This document shows, piece by piece, positions 59,554-64,000 of a stretch of 64,000 bases of DNA (position 1 is its first letter; the number at the start of each line of letters is the position of its first letter). The notes under the pieces were generated by a model. The model worked only from the letters and a program-made list of their open reading frames with translations. It had not been told where the DNA came from and did no database searches. The translations under genes and the position numbers were made by a program. Origin of the DNA: Malacoraja senta (taxonomy: Eukaryota). The stretch is from assembly GCA_038087875.1 (NCBI GenBank), contig CM075989.1, positions 17,610,001 through 17,674,000 on the forward strand, in the 5' to 3' direction.

Positions 59554-60729
59554 TGTGTATAGATGTTCGCAGACAGCCTGGGTGCAAGTTGATCTCAGAA
59601 ACTAGTTTTGTGCCAAATCTGCTATCCATGGATAAAACAGGTAAATGTGAAACTGTTCATAACTCATTTCAAGCATTAAGATAAACCCAAACCATGGGCA
59701 AAAATGGAAAAATATCAGGAATAAGCACAAGGGCATCTAACAAGCTGAAATAGGTTGCTTGAGCCTTTCTGGAAAACAGACAATTTGGATAACTCTGCAA
59801 TTCTTGGTGTTTTTGTAATGATTGAACTAGTGTAATAAAGGAGAACATAAATATGATTTAGGATCTGGCTGCACCATAAATACAGCTCAGCTGTTCCCAT
59901 TAAATAATGTTCAAATGTAAATACTGATTAATAATCATAAACAAGTTATCTAATCTAAAATGGGATCACAAGGCATGGCCACAAAGTAGACATTTAGTCT
60001 CAAAATGGAAGGCATCAGGTTACAAATGTACAATGAAATAGGTAATTAAGTTTTAAAAGCTCTGCATTTACTTACTGAATATTTTAAGTTGCCAATATAG
60101 CAAATAAAAATGCAAAAATGAAATGTACAAAATAAGTTACATCTATCACATCATAAAACCCAAGAAGTGTGCATTTCTGAGGCTGAAATGTAACCATTGT
60201 GTGGTACTGAACATAATCTCTGGCGACTTGATTATTTTTTGTACATTGAAAAGTTATTAAAAAAAAATATCCAGGACCTCCATTAAAATACTGCAAGTCA
60301 CCCCCAAGCATTTCCAAAAGTAAAATTACAATTTAATTTAAAACTCTGATGTCATGTAAAATGTCATTGTTACTATTCCATGAATGGTGCGTTCATAAAA
60401 TCAGAGTGAAGAAGAGAAACCTAGCTGGAGGCAATGCCTTAGATCTTTGAAACTTGCAGCAAGGTTATAGATTGTACAAGAAACACCTTTTAAATAAACA
60501 CAGCAGGTTGTTCATCTCTTTTAAAGATATTGATCTATATATCACCACCAATTTTAGTTATAACTGTGAGCTAATTCATTGCATTGTTGTTTATTGAAAA
60601 GATTAATGAAAAGGCACACCCATAAAAAGCAAACTAAAAGAAATCCACTATCAATGTAAAATCAGATTGTTCCTGGCATACAGGCGGTGAGATTGCTATA
60701 ATTTCCCTCTAGCATTTATGAGACCGAGC

Positions 60730-61265
60730 AAACTGACCACAGCGGTGTGATACACGGGGCCACTGAAGTTGGTGGAGTGAAGAGGAATGTTGTGATTATA
60801 AGGGGCGATACGGTTAGGGGGGGATAGGTAACGCTCCCTGCAGCTGGAAACCTGACAACCGAAGACTGTGTTCCTTGCCTAGAGCCAGAGTTAAGTGCAT
60901 CTCCATAGGGCTAGAGGGGAATTTGGAGTGGGAATAGAAAAATAAAGTTCCACGGTCAATAATTCCACCTGGGAACCAATGGTGTACATAGGACAGCAAT
61001 AATGGTTCTGCGGAAAGAAAATCATGCAGTCAGGGGTGGCGCACAGTGGGTGGCGTGTGCCTGCAACAAACTGCCAGGGGTGGTGGTTCATGCAGATATG
61101 ATAGTGACATTTAAGAGACTTTTGGATAGACATATGGATATGCAGGGAATGGAGGGATATGGATTACGTGCAGGTAGATGAAAGATGGTCTTGGTATCAT
61201 GTTTGGCACAGACATTGTGATCCCAAGGGCCTGTTCGGGTGCTGTACTGTTTTATGTTCTATGTT
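60730..61265 (+). mobile_element. Old CR1 remnant: ORF1 (esterase-like) piece joined to a 3' end
   Basis: RNVVIIRGDTVRG and HLGTNG resemble CR1 ORF1 GDS / HxGTND blocks; CR1 3' UTR at 61060-61265. Confidence 0.5.
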
Positions 61266-62439
61266 AACATTGGCTTATGGGAAATCATGTGAAGAACTTA
61301 ATGCATGACTCAAAGTTGGGTGTGGGAGAAACGGGTTTCAATCCATGGTGGTAGTAATGGGTAAGAGGGAACAGGCTTTAATTGAATCAGGTTGCGACCA
61401 GTCCCATAGCATTTGAATAACCAGAGCTTTAAATTGAAAAGTTGGTTCTGAGTAAATTAAAAAGGGGGAAAAAAGAACCAATTAAGTAGGAAAATAGATC
61501 CGTCAGGGAGTATCTACAAACACTAATATATACCTCCAATTAGAATCAACATCCCGAAAGTTGGTAACAAGACATATTAAGTACTCTTTATCTGTATTGT
61601 AACCCAGTGTATGAAGTAATAACACAAATGAGAAAACTAGCATGATCTTATAGCTGCAAAATGGGAATTAAATATTCTTGGAAACATAACTTTCAGCCCG
61701 GATATCAAAGAATGAGATAAAGGCAGCAGAGAGCAAGAATCTTCACATAAAAAATCAAGTAAAATCAGTTTGGGTAGTGCTGGGGAAAAAGCAAGGGGTA
61801 GTCGTTCCACCTGCTCTTTCACACTTCCCCATCTTGTCCCAGCTCCATTCAATCTCCCCATCAATAGCACCAACCATCCTACGACCATTAACATTCCTGA
61901 CCTTTTAAAAGGTTAGCAGCCTATATCTTCAGTTGCCTGGGTAAATTTATAGTAAGATTAATTTTCATAAAATCAGAAATGGGATAAAAATCCAAGGATC
62001 TGAAAAATGAAAATCTTCTTAAATTCAATCTCTTGCTGTCATTTGATAAGTGGCATAAATGTACTTTGTGTCAGAATATGAATGGGCAAGCAGCCACAAC
62101 TGTTGTATATAACTTAAAATTATTAATAGCTTCATTCCTTCAACCAATGTTAGCACTATAACGCACACTGAAAAGAATAAATAACTTGCATTTATTTACC
62201 AACTTACATTCAGTACATCCCAAAGTGCATTACAAAAAATAAATTATTTATTGATTTTTTTGTTATTGATGGAAAAGCAGGAGTCAACAATTATTCTTAG
62301 ATATGCAATATAATCACCAGACGACTAAATATGACACATGATTTGAAGCAGGATTCAACTATTCATCTGTGCTCCACCATACAATAAGATCAGGAGCAAT
62401 TGTTTATCTTAGTGCCACTATGCACCAATACCAGAATTC

Positions 62440-63096
62440 TTGATTCCAGAACGTGTTTCCAGCTCCAGGTTCCTGGGGGTCAACATCTCCGATGACCTGT
62501 CTTGGACCCACAATACCTCAACTCTGGTCAAGAAGGCTCACCAGCGTCTCTTCTTCCTGAGGAGACTAAAGAAGGTCCATCTGTCTCCTCAGATTCTGGT
62601 GAACCTCTACCGCTGCATCATCGAGAGCATCCTTACCAACTGTATCACAGTATGATATGGCAACTGCTCTGTCTCCGACCGGAAAGCACTGCAGAGGGTG
62701 GTGAAAATTGCATCACCGGTTCCTCACCCCTCCATTGAGTCTGTCCAAAGCAAGCGTTGTCTGCGAAGGGCGCTCAGCATCGCCAAGGACTGCTCTCACC
62801 CCAACCACAGACTGTTTACCCTCCCACCATCCGGGAGGCGCTACAGGTCTCTCCGTTGCCGGACCAGCAGGTCCAGGAACAGCTTCTTCCCTGCGGCTGT
62901 TACACTACTCAACACTGTACCTCGGTGACTGCCAATCACCCCCCCCCCGGAAACTCCTCCCACCAGGAAAAAATACTATGATTTATTTATTGCTCATATT
63001 TATGTCGCTCTTCTAGGGAGATGCTAACTGCATTTCGTTGTCTCTGTACTGTACACTGCACAATGACAATAAAGTTGAATCTGAATCTGAATCTGA
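62440..63096 (+). mobile_element. Rex1/Babar-type LINE 3' part
   Basis: RFLGVNISDDLSW..KKAHQRLFFLRRLK..YRCIIESILT; HPNHRLFTLPPSGRRYRS; (TCTGAA)n tail. Confidence 0.88.
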
Positions 63097-63514
63097 TACC
63101 TTTAGTATCTATAGACTAATGGTCTGTCTTGAACATGCTCGGTTCCAAAGATTCACCATCATTTGCCCAGATAAATGCAACACAAAAGAAACTTGGCAGA
63201 ATCTGGTTCAAAGTAGTCTGCTTCACTGACACGCCATCAACACTTCTACCCATCCATTCTCCCCACCATCAACACATGTTGGTTGCAGTATGTATCATCT
63301 TCAAGATGACAGGCAATCACTCACCCAGCCTTTCTGCACCTCTCAAACCTGCTACTTTTAATGTCAAGAAGTGCAAGGACAGCAGATGCATGGCTACATA
63401 GCCATCTACAAATTCCCACCAAAGCATCACAGTGGGAGTACATTCAATAGAAGGACTGCAGTGGTTCTGCAGAAAGCTGCTCACATGATCTTCCCAAGAG
63501 CCCTTAGGAATGGG

Positions 63515-63710
63515 CAATAGACAATAGGTGCAGGAGTAGGTCATTCGACCCTTCGAGCCAGCACCGCCATTCACTGTGATCATGACTGATCATCCACAAT
63601 CAGTACCGCGTTCCTGCCTTCTCCCCATATCCCTTGACTCCGCTATCTAAGTCTCTCTTGAAAGCATCCAGAGAATCGGCCGCCACTGCCTTCTGAGGCA
63701 GAGAATGCCA
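63515..63710 (-). mobile_element. CR1 3' tail
   Basis: CAATAGACAATAGGTGCAGGAGTAGG, same as 25628-25730 and 57397-57560. Confidence 0.75.
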
Positions 63711-64000
63711 ATTGAACGTACTCCCACTGGGATGCCTTGATGGGAATTTGTAGCTGGCCATGTACCCATTCTGCCTGTGTGCTTGAAATAATAGATTTAA
63801 CTTTCCCAGTCAGAAGGAAGAAATGATGACATTCAAGGAAAAATATACCCATGGTCAGAGTCAGGAGAAAGTAATATGTGGAGAAATTACGAGACTAGGC
63901 AGAGATAGCACAAGGACAGAGAGACTGACCTTGGTAAACCTATAACTTAAATAAATCAATTGCTACAGCACTACAATGATACACTAAATGATATACTAAA

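Noticed and set aside
52000..64000. Searched for the next upstream IGDCC4 exon (Ig2 N-half)
   Set aside because: No open segment with the expected Cys/Trp pattern and splice sites was found by eye; it probably lies beyond the window.

Overview
Eukaryotic vertebrate genomic DNA, probably a cartilaginous fish such as a skate or ray. This is inferred from HE1-type V-SINEs and the CR1/Penelope repeat landscape, not from a database search. The window holds the 3' part of one minus-strand gene, IGDCC4 (Nope; DCC-subclass Ig/FnIII receptor). I assembled 17 coding exons by hand, all with GT-AG boundaries and consistent phase (51936 down to the TAA at 5126; 3463 nt). They encode the end of Ig2, Ig3-4, five FnIII repeats, a TM helix and the cytoplasmic tail. 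The first exons were not found and presumably lie beyond the right edge. Introns carry CR1 and Rex/Babar-type LINE fragments, V-SINEs, a full-length but dead Tc1 (IR/DR type, DD34E), an internally deleted DIRS1-like element with intact ITR/ICR termini, and many Penelope-like (PLE) pieces. The most notable non-obvious signals are: (1) PLE-derived mini-elements, often fold-back, with 13-16 bp TSDs and a minimal hammerhead-ribozyme core, several in sense orientation in the pre-mRNA; (2) a long inverted repeat with no recognisable TE origin bracketing one exon; (3) extra structure and splice signals in the DIRS termini; (4) nested insertions and templated junction sequences. I see no wholly new biological system. 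Most signals are new instances of known families.
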